Shown in pieces: positions 17,925-27,390 of a stretch of 64,000 nt of DNA. Under the pieces are notes generated by a model. The model was given only the letters and a program-made list of their open reading frames with translations, was not told the origin of the DNA and did no database searches. The translations under genes and the position numbers were made by a program. Position 1 is the first letter of the stretch, and every line of letters begins with the position of its first letter. Source of the DNA: an uncultured Thermoanaerobaculia bacterium (GTDB lineage: Bacteria; Acidobacteriota; UBA4820; DSQY01); NCBI GenBank assembly GCA_964589625.1, contig CAZPSH010000007.1, forward strand, positions 9,221 through 73,220, given 5' to 3'.

Positions 17925-20387
17925 CTACCTGACGATCTTGGGCGTGAGGAAGATCAGAAGTTCGTCGTTCGTCCGCGTTTTCGTACGGTTCTTGAACAGC
18001 CAGCCCAGGACCGGAATCTTGGACAGGAAGGGGAGGCCATTCTGGGAGATGCCCTCGTTGGTCACGAACACGCCTCCGATGACCGCCGTCTGGCCGTCGC
18101 GCACCTTCAGGACGGTCTTGGCTTCCTTCTTGATGATCGGGGGTGGGTTTCCCGGCTCGGCGTTGGCGAAATCCACCGAATCATTGGTGATGTCCACGGT
18201 CATGTTCACGTTTCCGTCGGCGCTGATCTGCGGCGTCACGTCCAGCTTGAGGGTCGCGTTGACGAAAATGACCGAGATCTTGTCGGTAGTGGCCACGCGG
18301 ATGGGGATCTGGCGGCCCGACTCGATGGTGGCCTTCTCGTTGTCCTGGGTAACCACCCGGGGGGCGGACAGCACGCGCGCGCGCCCCGTGTTTTCGAGGG
18401 CGGCGAGACGGACGTCGAGGAAGAAGGACCCGGTGATGTTCCCCAAAACGAGGTCGATGAACCCGTTGGACGCCGTAGGGGGAAGGCTCACGGCAAAGTC
18501 GCCCGTGCCGAAGTTGGGCCAGCCGGACTGATTGTTGAAGTTGTGCAGGGAGTAGATGTTGGACGAGGCGGAACCGGTGGTGCCGCCCCGCGTCGTGACC
18601 GTATTGCCCGAAGCGTCCATCCCCGAGTACCAGTTTCCGCTCCACGTGATCCCGAAGCTCTGGGTCCAGGTGACGTTCGACTCCACGATCCGGGCCTCGA
18701 TGAGAACCTGGGGCGTGGCCGTATCCAGGGAGTCGATCAGTTTGACGAGGCCCGCCTTTTTAGAAGGCACTTCCTGGATGATCAGGGTGTTGGTCCGCTC
18801 GTCGATGATGATGGAGCCGCGCTCACTGAGAAAGCGCTGGGCGATTCCCTCCATGCGCTGAGCCTTGGCGTAGGACAGCCTCTTGGTGAAGGTGATGGGA
18901 TCTTCCGCGAGCAGCTTTTCCTTCTGCATCCGCTGCTGCTCGGCGAACTTCCGGGCGATCTCGGAGGCTGGGGCCACCCAGATCACGTTGTTCTCGTACA
19001 CGTAGTCCAGGCCGTTGTTCTTCAGCACGATATCCATGGCCTGATCCCAAGGAACGTTTTCCAGGTCCACCGTGACCTTCCCCTGCACCGTGGGGTGGAC
19101 CACGAAGTTGAGTTTGGAGATGTCGTGGAAGACGCGCATCACGTCCTTCACGTCGGCGTCCTTGAGGCTCATGGAGATGGGTTCGCCGGAGTACTTCATG
19201 CCTCCGCCCGAGATGGTCTTTTCCTTAAACGAGAGGGGGACGCCTCCGGCAACGAGGGTCTTGCCCTCGGCGGGCGAGGTCGTGGCGTCCTCCGCCACGA
19301 ACAGGTCCTCGTATCCCTTGAACTCGCGGCTGGCGCCGGGGCTGATGGGGGAGAGGTCCACCTTCACATCGTCGAGAGTTTCCGCGGCGGGCGGCGCGGA
19401 TTGCGCCTGGGCCATTTCCGCGGCAGGCGGAACCGGCGCGGCGGCCGGCTCCGTCGGGGCCGTCGCGGCAGGAACCGACTCGGTGGCCGGTTCCGGCGAG
19501 GGTGAGGCGTCGGCCCTCGGCGGCGCGGGCGCGGTTTTAGGGGCGGCGTCAAGGGCCAATTCGTCCAGGACCACCCGCACCACCGGTCCTTCTGCGCTTA
19601 CGGCCACGGGCTTGAGCGGCTTCTTCATATCGAGGACAACCCGCGTCACCAGCGGATTCGCCTGCAGCAGGGCCACCCTCACCTTCTCGATGTCCCCCGC
19701 TCCGGGAATCTGGCCTGGCACTTTGCCCCGCTGGATTCCGTACAGGTCGACCACGATCCGGTCCGGTCCGCCCATGGTGAAATACTTGAACTTGGCCGTT
19801 CCGTCCGACTCGATGCCCACCGATGAGCCGTCCTGAGCGATTCGTACGCCCATGAGGCGCGTGGCCTCCCGTACGGGTTCCGCAGGGGGCGCCGGAGGAG
19901 GAGCGGGGAGGGCGGAGGGCGGCTCCGGGGCGGCGGCAGACTCCGCTGGCGCGACCGGAGCGGCCGGAGGAGCCTGATCCGCGCCCACAACCTTTACCAT
20001 CAGCTTGGTGCCCTCGGTGAAGACTAGGCACTTGGAGAGGTAGGCCTTGTGGATTTCCAGCTTGGCGAGGGCCCTGCCCTTGCCTTGGCTGATGGACTCC
20101 ACCTTGACGAGGCCCACGCCCCCCGACTGCACGCTGAGCGTCCTTGGCAGCCGCGAAATGTCCACGTCCGCCATGTCCACCACGAAGGTTTCGGGATCGT
20201 AGTCGTAGTAGGTGTAGTCGATGATGGGGTAGGTTCCCACCACGCCCACCACGACCTGACCGTCCTGGGACTGGCTGAAGAGGTCGCTAAGGACATTCAG
20301 CTCGGTGGACGCCGTGTCCGCCGCCAGAACGGCCATCCCGGCAAGGAGGCCGAGAACCGCCGTCATAAGAGCCATGCGCTTGTTCAT
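17925..20387 (-). CDS. pilQ: type IV pilus secretin PilQ
   Basis: 820 aa protein with a signal peptide, AMIN-like N-terminal repeats with Pro/Ala-rich linkers, and a C-terminal secretin domain (VLSAPRVVTQDNEKATIESGRQIPI...IGGVFVTNEGISQNGLPFLSKIPVLGWLFKN). Confidence 0.9.
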   Translation of the reverse strand: MNKRMALMTAVLGLLAGMAVLAADTASTELNVLSDLFSQSQDGQVVVGVVGTYPIIDYTYYDYDPETFVVDMADVDISRLPRTLSVQSGGVGLVKVESISQGKGRALAKLEIHKAYLSKCLVFTEGTKLMVKVVGADQAPPAAPVAPAESAAAPEPPSALPAPPPAPPAEPVREATRLMGVRIAQDGSSVGIESDGTAKFKYFTMGGPDRIVVDLYGIQRGKVPGQIPGAGDIEKVRVALLQANPLVTRVVLDMKKPLKPVAVSAEGPVVRVVLDELALDAAPKTAPAPPRADASPSPEPATESVPAATAPTEPAAAPVPPAAEMAQAQSAPPAAETLDDVKVDLSPISPGASREFKGYEDLFVAEDATTSPAEGKTLVAGGVPLSFKEKTISGGGMKYSGEPISMSLKDADVKDVMRVFHDISKLNFVVHPTVQGKVTVDLENVPWDQAMDIVLKNNGLDYVYENNVIWVAPASEIARKFAEQQRMQKEKLLAEDPITFTKRLSYAKAQRMEGIAQRFLSERGSIIIDERTNTLIIQEVPSKKAGLVKLIDSLDTATPQVLIEARIVESNVTWTQSFGITWSGNWYSGMDASGNTVTTRGGTTGSASSNIYSLHNFNNQSGWPNFGTGDFAVSLPPTASNGFIDLVLGNITGSFFLDVRLAALENTGRARVLSAPRVVTQDNEKATIESGRQIPIRVATTDKISVIFVNATLKLDVTPQISADGNVNMTVDITNDSVDFANAEPGNPPPIIKKEAKTVLKVRDGQTAVIGGVFVTNEGISQNGLPFLSKIPVLGWLFKNRTKTRTNDELLIFLTPKIVR

Positions 20388-20980
20388 TGTCCCTCCCCTT
20401 CTTGGCTCCGGATCTTGAGAACCAGGTTGCGGAAAGGCTTGATGGCGGTGGGATCGTTCAGCTCCTGCTGAATCGTCACCTCTCCGTTCGTGAAGCTCAC
20501 GTCGAGAACGATTCCGTCTGCGAATCGCTCACCCGCCACGGCCTTGTAGGGCTTGCCGTCTGGGCCCTGGAACCAGGCCACGACGGACCTGCTGCTGCCG
20601 ATGATGGCCTCCAGGGCGCAGGATTCCACCGTGAAGCGGGCAAGCCCCGTGGACCCGAACTTCACCTTCACGTCGCCGGCCGCGCCCACCGCGCCCCGGA
20701 CGAGGGGTGTGAACGGATCGCGCTCGGACCTGTGCTTGTAAAGGGTCTCGCCCTCCAGGAGCATGTTGTCCTCGGGAACGGCCACCGGCCCCCCCGGCGA
20801 GGCAACATCCTGAGCGGGTTGGGCGGGTCGGGCGGGCTCGGCCGGCGTGGGAGACGCGGTCGCCGGCGCGAGGGTCGAGTCCACCCTCTGAAGCGTCTTC
20901 ACCGGATTCTGTGCGCGCGCGGAGGCCGAGGCCAGCAGCGCCAGGGCCGACACGCCGAGAAGGATCGTGCCTGGTCTCAT
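20384..20980 (-). CDS. pilP: type IV pilus assembly protein PilP
   Basis: Signal peptide plus a DPF motif, with size and position (between pilO and pilQ) typical of PilP. Confidence 0.7.
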   Translation of the reverse strand: MRPGTILLGVSALALLASASARAQNPVKTLQRVDSTLAPATASPTPAEPARPAQPAQDVASPGGPVAVPEDNMLLEGETLYKHRSERDPFTPLVRGAVGAAGDVKVKFGSTGLARFTVESCALEAIIGSSRSVVAWFQGPDGKPYKAVAGERFADGIVLDVSFTNGEVTIQQELNDPTAIKPFRNLVLKIRSQEGEGQ

Positions 20981-21555
20981 GGCTTGTTCTCCAGCCCCTG
21001 GAAAGCCTCGGGGTTCTGCATGTAGACGACGGAGTTGAACTTGGCCGTTATGGTCGCACCCTTGCGCGTCGAAGAGGCCATGTCCAGGTTGGTGATGTTC
21101 ACGATGCGGCGCATGTGAGCAACCTTGTCGAAGAAGAGGGCGAGGTCGTGGTAGCCGCCCCCCACCTCGATCCCGTAAGCCTGTTCCGAGTAAAGCTCCC
21201 TCTTCGCCACGGGCGTTGGATTGATGCGTAGGATGTTCAGGTTCTGATCCCGCGCATAGCTCTGAAAGACGCGCAGGAGCTTTCCGGTTTCGGGGTCCAA
21301 CGGGATGATGGACTTGAGGACTTCCAGGTCGCGGCGGATGAGGTCGATTTGCCGGTTCAATTCGTCCACCCGGCGCATGGCCTCCTTACCCTGCTGGATC
21401 TGCCCTTCCAGTTCGTCCCGCTGCTGGCGTCGGCTCTGAAGGGTCGTCCTCTGGTCCGCAAGAAACACAAACCAGGTCGCTGTGAAGATGAGCCCGCAGA
21501 AGAGGAGGGTCACCACCAACTGGGCCCATTTGGGGAGCTTCGCGAAGCGGTCCAT
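20977..21555 (-). CDS. pilO: type IV pilus assembly protein PilO
   Basis: N-terminal TM plus coiled coil, consistent with PilO at this position in the operon. Confidence 0.8.
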   Translation of the reverse strand: MDRFAKLPKWAQLVVTLLFCGLIFTATWFVFLADQRTTLQSRRQQRDELEGQIQQGKEAMRRVDELNRQIDLIRRDLEVLKSIIPLDPETGKLLRVFQSYARDQNLNILRINPTPVAKRELYSEQAYGIEVGGGYHDLALFFDKVAHMRRIVNITNLDMASSTRKGATITAKFNSVVYMQNPEAFQGLENKP

Positions 21556-21567
21556 GGGCGCCTCCTC

Positions 21568-22242
21568 CTATTCCATCCCGCCGGAGTCGTCCGACGCGGG
21601 CTTGGACCGGGCCCTTGCGGAGGCCGGCCGAGGCTTAGCCTCCTCGACCTTCGGCTTGAAGCCGCCCGGCTGGTAATTCATGCTGAGTTTGTAACTGTAG
21701 GTCTCCTCGGCGCCCGACTGCTGCTGGACCTCTCCCAGCTGGACGTTGGCGAACTCCGAAATGGTCACCATGTTGTCGTAAAGCGTTGAGATTGTCTTGA
21801 TGCTCTTGGCAGCGCCCGTCAGCTCGATGGTCTGGTTGTTCTGCTTGACAGCGTTGTACCAGGCCCCCTCTGGGAGGACCTCCACAAGACGGTTCATGAG
21901 CTTCACGGGGATGCTCTGCTGGTCCTTGAGCTCCTTGATCTGGTCCACCTTGGCGGCGTATTCGGTCTTCTTCTTCTCGAGTTCGGCGACCTTCTCCCGG
22001 GCGCCCTCGTACTTCTTCAGCTCCACCTTCTGCCTTTCGATCTCGACGGCCAGATTGTGGTTCTGCATGAGGAGCCATGCCCCGTACCCGCCGGTGGCCA
22101 CCACCGTGGCCAAGAGCAGGGCCACGTAGATTCCCCAAGGCGGCGCCTCTTCCGTGGGGCCCTGCATGGCCATCATCGGCGGCCCGCCCGGCCCTCCCCG
22201 TTTCGCGCCCCGCCCTTCCCTGAGCAGATTGATTCGGATCAT
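21568..22242 (-). CDS. pilN: type IV pilus assembly protein PilN
   Basis: MIRINLL N-terminus, a TM segment and a coiled coil, consistent with PilN. Confidence 0.8.
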   Translation of the reverse strand: MIRINLLREGRGAKRGGPGGPPMMAMQGPTEEAPPWGIYVALLLATVVATGGYGAWLLMQNHNLAVEIERQKVELKKYEGAREKVAELEKKKTEYAAKVDQIKELKDQQSIPVKLMNRLVEVLPEGAWYNAVKQNNQTIELTGAAKSIKTISTLYDNMVTISEFANVQLGEVQQQSGAEETYSYKLSMNYQPGGFKPKVEEAKPRPASARARSKPASDDSGGME

Positions 22243-23301
22243 CTAATCCCCCATCTTGCGCAAGGCCAGCCCCACCGCCACGCCGAAGTGCGGGGCCAGG
22301 CGAGTCAGGGTGTCCATGGGGAACTCCCGCTCGTCGACCGTCACGTTCTGGAAGGGGTTCATGACCTCCACGGGCACACCGAAGAACTGACTCAGGTAGC
22401 GGTCCAGGTTCGTCACCTGGCTCCCGCCGCCCGCGAGTACGATCTTGTGAATGGTGCCCTCCCCCGTGGTCACCTTGAAGAAGTCGAGGGATTTCTTCAG
22501 GTCCGCTCCGAACTCCTCGGTCATGGCATTGAGGATGGGCGCCGCTTGCTCCGGGCGCACTCCCTGGACGGTTTCCCCCCTCTTGAGGGATTCGGCCTGG
22601 TCGAAGGTGAGGTTGAGCTCGCGCTGGAGGGTGTCGGTATAGTTGTTGCCCCCCGCCTGGATGTCTCTCCAAAACAGGGGGGTGTCGCCCTTGAGGACGC
22701 AGATGTTGGTCGTGCTGGCCCCGATGTTCACCAGGGCGGCGACCTCGCCTCCGTGGATCGGATAATTGATCTCGAAGGCGTTTTGAACGCTGAAGACGTC
22801 CAAATCGAGGACCGAGGCGTTCAGGCCCGCCTGCCCGAGGATGGATGTGTACTCGGCAATGAGGTCCCGCTTCACGGCCACCAGCAACACGCTGAGGTTG
22901 CCCGTGGCGGGATCCGTCTCGAGGACCTGGTGATCGATCTTCACCTCCTCGACGTCGAAGGGGATGTACTGTCCGGCCTCCCACTGGATCGCCTCGTTGA
23001 GCTCGGCCTCGCTCATCGCCATCATGGAAATGCGCTTGACGATTACCGAGTTCCCGTCCCCCGAGGTGGCCACGTTGTAGTTCTTCACCCCTCGGTCGCG
23101 CACCAGGCGGCTGATGGCATCGATCACGGCGCCGGAGTCCATGATCGTGCCGCCGACGATGGCTTCCGCGGGCAGTTGTTCGATGCCGAAGGCCTTCAGT
23201 TGGTAGCCTTTGCCCTTGCCCAGATCCTTGAGCTCCACCATCTTCACGGCGGAGGAGCCGATATCCAGGCCCAACAGGTTTTTGCTCTTTCCAAAGAACA
23301 C
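22243..23301 (-). CDS. pilM: type IV pilus assembly ATPase-fold protein PilM
   Basis: Actin-like fold beginning LGLDIGSSAVKMVEL (FtsA/PilM family). Confidence 0.9.
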   Translation of the reverse strand: MFFGKSKNLLGLDIGSSAVKMVELKDLGKGKGYQLKAFGIEQLPAEAIVGGTIMDSGAVIDAISRLVRDRGVKNYNVATSGDGNSVIVKRISMMAMSEAELNEAIQWEAGQYIPFDVEEVKIDHQVLETDPATGNLSVLLVAVKRDLIAEYTSILGQAGLNASVLDLDVFSVQNAFEINYPIHGGEVAALVNIGASTTNICVLKGDTPLFWRDIQAGGNNYTDTLQRELNLTFDQAESLKRGETVQGVRPEQAAPILNAMTEEFGADLKKSLDFFKVTTGEGTIHKIVLAGGGSQVTNLDRYLSQFFGVPVEVMNPFQNVTVDEREFPMDTLTRLAPHFGVAVGLALRKMGD

Positions 23302-23652
23302 CTTCGTTTCCCCTTTTGAAAGCGCCTAAAGACCCCCAAACTTAATGCTCTTGTTTAACATATCGAACGAAGAACCGAAAGTCAAGTAGAGAATGACCCT
23401 GCCCCTCCCTGATGGGCAAATTGTAGGTCTCTCCGCCCCTGGGGCGCAAGATGCGGGGAATCTAGACCCATTCTACGGTCCTTGAAGACCGGGAGAGCCC
23501 CCGCCCGCTTCGAAGAACCTAACCTGTTGATTATAACCCCTTGTCCACACCCGGAGGACCCCCCCGACAGGCCTTGTCAGCCCGACCCGCGGGTGATACC
23601 GTGGGCAGCGCCCCGGGGAGTGGACCCCCTGGAATCCAGAAAGGAGCCCCCC

Positions 23653-25053
23653 ATGGCCGATCCCGCCGCCGGTAGGAGCGCGGGGGCCGTCCGCCGCGTC
23701 TCGGACCTTCTTAAGGACCAGGATCTCCCCCTCAACCTGGAAGCCGAACGGGCCCTTCTAGGGGCCGTACTCCTTACCGATCTGCTCTTCGACGAGGTTC
23801 ACGAACAGGTGTCTGCGGATGATTTTGCTCTTCCTTCCCATCGTAGGATCTACACGACCTTTGAGCAGCTTCGGGAGGCGAACCGCCCCATCGACCTCGT
23901 CACCGTCACCGAATGGTTACACAACAAGGGTTGGCTTGAGGCCGTCGGCGGGGCAGAGTACGTGGCGGACCTGGTTTCGGGCATTCCCCGGCTGACCACG
24001 CTCTCCCACTACGCCGAGATCATCCGCGGCCGGTCCCTCCTCCGCCAGCTCATCGAGCGGGCCAGCGGGATCATCGCCGAGGCCTACTCATCCCCCCAGG
24101 AACCGCAAGAGGTGCTGGCCCAGGCGGAACAGCGCATCTTGGAGCTTGGCGACCGGACCATCCGGTCCACCCTCCTGCCCCTGCGGACCCTGGCGGGAGA
24201 GGCCGCCATCAAGCTCGACGCCCTCTCCAAACGGGGAGAGCACGTCACGGGCGTGGCCACCCATTTTCAGAAGCTCGACGAGCTAACGGCTGGATTCCAG
24301 CCATCGGATTTCATTATCCTTGCGGCCAGGCCCTCCGTCGGCAAGACCGCACTGGCCCTCTCCATCGCGTACAACGTGGCGAAAAGCGGCAAGTCGGTGG
24401 CCTTCTTCAGCCTCGAGATGAGCGCCGAGCAGATCTTCTTCCGGCTTCTTTCCATGGCCAGCGGCCTCGACTTCCAGATGATCCGGACGGGCAAGCTCAA
24501 CAAGGCCCGGCTCGCCGAGGCGGGAATGAAGATGGAGGAGATCGCCGCCCTCCCCATCTACATAGACGACTCCTCCGCCCAGACCATCCTCGAAATGGGC
24601 GCCAAGCTCCGCCGATTGAAGACCGCCCAGGCCCTCGACCTGGTAATCGTGGACTACCTCCAACTGATCAAGGTCGTCGGCAAGATCGAAAACCGGAACC
24701 AGGAAGTGAGCTTGATCTCGCGATCGCTCAAGGCCCTGGCCAAGGACCTGAAGGTCCCCGTGGTCGCCCTCTCCCAGCTCTCGCGCGCCGTGGAGAAGCG
24801 CGGGGAAGGGCGGGAGCCCATCCTCTCCGACCTGAGGGATTCGGGCTCCCTGGAACAGGACGCCGACGTGGTTCTCTTCCTTCACCGGCAGGTCTTCGCG
24901 CGGGAGGAGGACCAGGACGCCCGGAACCGGGCCAGGCTCCTCATCGCCAAGCAGCGCAACGGCCCCACCGACGACATGGAACTCACCTTCCTCCCCTGGA
25001 GGGTCCAGTTCGCGGATTACCTCCCCGAGGCCCCGGAGGGCATGGGTGTCTGA
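23653..25053 (+). CDS. dnaB: replicative DNA helicase DnaB
   Basis: Walker A at RPSVGKTALAL, plus the H2-H4 motifs. ATG at 23653 follows AAAGGAG. Confidence 0.9.
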   Translation: MADPAAGRSAGAVRRVSDLLKDQDLPLNLEAERALLGAVLLTDLLFDEVHEQVSADDFALPSHRRIYTTFEQLREANRPIDLVTVTEWLHNKGWLEAVGGAEYVADLVSGIPRLTTLSHYAEIIRGRSLLRQLIERASGIIAEAYSSPQEPQEVLAQAEQRILELGDRTIRSTLLPLRTLAGEAAIKLDALSKRGEHVTGVATHFQKLDELTAGFQPSDFIILAARPSVGKTALALSIAYNVAKSGKSVAFFSLEMSAEQIFFRLLSMASGLDFQMIRTGKLNKARLAEAGMKMEEIAALPIYIDDSSAQTILEMGAKLRRLKTAQALDLVIVDYLQLIKVVGKIENRNQEVSLISRSLKALAKDLKVPVVALSQLSRAVEKRGEGREPILSDLRDSGSLEQDADVVLFLHRQVFAREEDQDARNRARLLIAKQRNGPTDDMELTFLPWRVQFADYLPEAPEGMGV

Positions 25054-26236
25054 AGCCGATTCCCTCGGACTGCGCCCCACGGTCCTCCGCGTGGACCTGG
25101 ACGCGCTGTCTCTCAACGTTTCTACCCTGAGGACCGCCGGCGGGGACCGCCCCTTGCTGGCCGTCGTGAAGGCGAACGGGTACGGGTGCGGTGCGGGTCC
25201 CGTGGCCCGGGCGGCTCTGCGGGGGGGCGCTTCCTGGCTGGGCGTTGCCATGGCCGAGGAGGCCGTCCAGCTTCGCGATCGGGGGATTTCCGCCCCCATC
25301 CTCATGCTGGGTCCCGTTCCTCCCCGTCAGGCGAGTTTGCTTCTCGATTTTGACCTCACCCCCGCCGTCTACTCCACCTCGTTTCTCCGCGCGGTGGAAG
25401 AGGCCGCGGAGGCGGCCGGGCGCAGCGTTGAGGTCCACCTCAAGCTGGACTCGGGGATGGGCCGGGTGGGGTTCCGCCCCGAGGAGATCCCCCACCTGCT
25501 CGGAGCTCTGAGGGCGTCTCCCCACGTGTCGGTCACGGGCGTATTCTCCAACCTGGCCAGCGCCGACGACCTGGGTTCGGGTCAGACGGCAAGCCAAATT
25601 CGTATTTTCCAGGATATGGTCGAAACGCTACGGCGGGCCGGGATCGAGCCGGCCTGGATTCACCTGGCCAACTCCTCAGGCCTTCTCGCCCATCCCGAAA
25701 CGCACTTGACCCTATGCCGACCGGGACTCACGCTCTTCGGCCTCCGGCCCTCCCACGACCTACCCGACCCGGGGTTGAGGCCCGTCCTCTCCTTTTCCAC
25801 TCAGGTCGCCCAGATCAAGCAAGTGCCCCCGGGCACGCCCGTGGGATACGGCGCCACCTACGTCACCTCCGGGCCGAAGCGCCTGGGAATTCTGCCGGTG
25901 GGGTACGGGGACGGCCTTCCGAGGGCCCTGGGGAACGTGGGCCACGTGCTCGTCGAGGGCGCCGCGTGTCCCCTCGTGGGACGCGTATCCATGGACCTCG
26001 TGGCGGCGGACCTTGACCCGGCGCCGGGCACCGAAGAGGGTAGCCCGGTCTGCCTATGGGGTCGCGACGGGGCTCTGGAGGCGGGTCCATGGGATTGGGC
26101 CCGGTGGTCCGGGACCATCCCTTACGAGGTGATGACCGGGATTTCCTGCCGTGTGGCCCGGCGCTACGCGGAGCAGGGCCGCGAGTGGACCGAGCTCCTG
26201 CTGAACTCCGGGGGGATTTCAGCCCGGGGAACGTGA
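25046..26236 (+). CDS. alr: alanine racemase
   Basis: AVVKANGYGCG carries the PLP-lysine motif. Length is 396 aa. Confidence 0.85.
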   Translation: MSEADSLGLRPTVLRVDLDALSLNVSTLRTAGGDRPLLAVVKANGYGCGAGPVARAALRGGASWLGVAMAEEAVQLRDRGISAPILMLGPVPPRQASLLLDFDLTPAVYSTSFLRAVEEAAEAAGRSVEVHLKLDSGMGRVGFRPEEIPHLLGALRASPHVSVTGVFSNLASADDLGSGQTASQIRIFQDMVETLRRAGIEPAWIHLANSSGLLAHPETHLTLCRPGLTLFGLRPSHDLPDPGLRPVLSFSTQVAQIKQVPPGTPVGYGATYVTSGPKRLGILPVGYGDGLPRALGNVGHVLVEGAACPLVGRVSMDLVAADLDPAPGTEEGSPVCLWGRDGALEAGPWDWARWSGTIPYEVMTGISCRVARRYAEQGREWTELLLNSGGISARGT

Positions 26237-26995
26237 ACCGGAGAGGCGGAGACCCGCCGCCAGAATGGCCGTGCCCACCAAGGCCGCCCCCACCCATAAC
26301 CACCCAGCGTTCTCCATGACATGCCCGTTTTCTTGGCCGAAATGCAAGGCCGCCAGGACCACCCCGTTGTGGGCCGCATGGCCCAGAACCGCCAGGGCCA
26401 GATTGCCGGTTCGGAGGACCACCACCGCGAGGCTCGCCCCGAGGAGGGCCACGGGCAGGAACCGGTACAAAGAGCCGTGGAACAGGCCGAAGGCGGCCCC
26501 GGAGAGAAGACAGGCCGGAAGGGCAGGGAACTCCCTGAGGGTGGCCAGCAGCGCCCCTCGAAAGAGGGCCTCCTCACAGACCGCCGGAACCAGGGCGAAA
26601 GCGAAGCATTGGACTCCGATTGGGTAGGAGGAAAGAACTGCACGAAGTGCTTCGTCCTCCTGTCCGGCCCCGGGCAACCTCGAGAACCATGCGGCCACCG
26701 AAAGGGCCAGGAGAGATCCCCCGGAAACGAAGCAAAGGGCCGCAACCACCTGCGTCGGCCCTGGGCGGCGGAGGGGAAAGGCCAGGGAGGAGAATCCCCG
26801 AAGGCGAGCCCACAAGATCGAAGGGAGCAGGAACCCACCGATGGAGAGTCCCGCCGTGAGCGCCAGCGCGGCTCCGCCACGAACCTCCGCGGGGGAGACC
26901 AGCGCCGCGGCCAGAAAGAAGACACCGGGCAGAGCGAGGAGGAGGAGGCCCTCGGCCGGCCGGGGGCCCGGACGATCTGACCCGCGGCTATTCAT
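26219..26995 (-). CDS. CPBP (CAAX/Abi) family intramembrane metalloprotease
   Basis: Internal ATG (complement of 26993-26995). Multiple TM helices with EEALFRG, FGLFH and HAAHN motifs. Confidence 0.65.
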   Translation of the reverse strand: MNSRGSDRPGPRPAEGLLLLALPGVFFLAAALVSPAEVRGGAALALTAGLSIGGFLLPSILWARLRGFSSLAFPLRRPGPTQVVAALCFVSGGSLLALSVAAWFSRLPGAGQEDEALRAVLSSYPIGVQCFAFALVPAVCEEALFRGALLATLREFPALPACLLSGAAFGLFHGSLYRFLPVALLGASLAVVVLRTGNLALAVLGHAAHNGVVLAALHFGQENGHVMENAGWLWVGAALVGTAILAAGLRLSGSRSPG

Positions 26996-27269
26996 CCGAA
27001 GGCGGTCCCGCCGGCTGGGCGATCCGCAGCCGGTCGAGGCATCCGCGTAGCGCTTCTTGAACCTCTTCGCCGGAGAAGTTCGACGTCGCCCCGAAATTCT
27101 CCAGCGCCTTGCGTGTAGCCTCCATGGATTCCAAGAACCGGCGGCAGGGCTCGCAGGATTCCATGTGGCGCGAGAGTTCGGCGCAGAGTCCCGGGGCCAG
27201 ATCGCCCTCGACCTGGTCGCAGATGCGCTCGAAGAGTTCCCGACAATGGTCGTGTCGCTCTTCCGCCAT
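26988..27269 (-). CDS. ZAS-type (zinc-binding, RsrA-like) anti-sigma factor, 93 aa
   Basis: The HMESCEPC block matches the H-x3-C-x2-C ZAS motif, with additional upstream Cys residues (C9, C17, C29). The gene overlaps the CPBP protease start by 8 bp. Confidence 0.55.
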   Translation of the reverse strand: MAEERHDHCRELFERICDQVEGDLAPGLCAELSRHMESCEPCRRFLESMEATRKALENFGATSNFSGEEVQEALRGCLDRLRIAQPAGPPSDE

Positions 27270-27390
27270 GGGCCCTCCGAAACCACTCTACCAGCGGGGG
27301 GACGGGAGTCAAGATGAACGCCGCTTTTCCAGAACCCCCGCCCCTGGTACACTGCCCTTGGAAGGACCGCGAATCCGGACAGGAGGTTCC

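Noticed and set aside
23541-23549. TTGTCCACA, an 8/9 match to the DnaA box TTATCCACA, in the pilM-dnaB divergent intergenic region.
   Set aside because: It is a single imperfect copy. There is no cluster of boxes or AT-rich unwinding element, so I do not call it an origin or a DnaA-regulated promoter.
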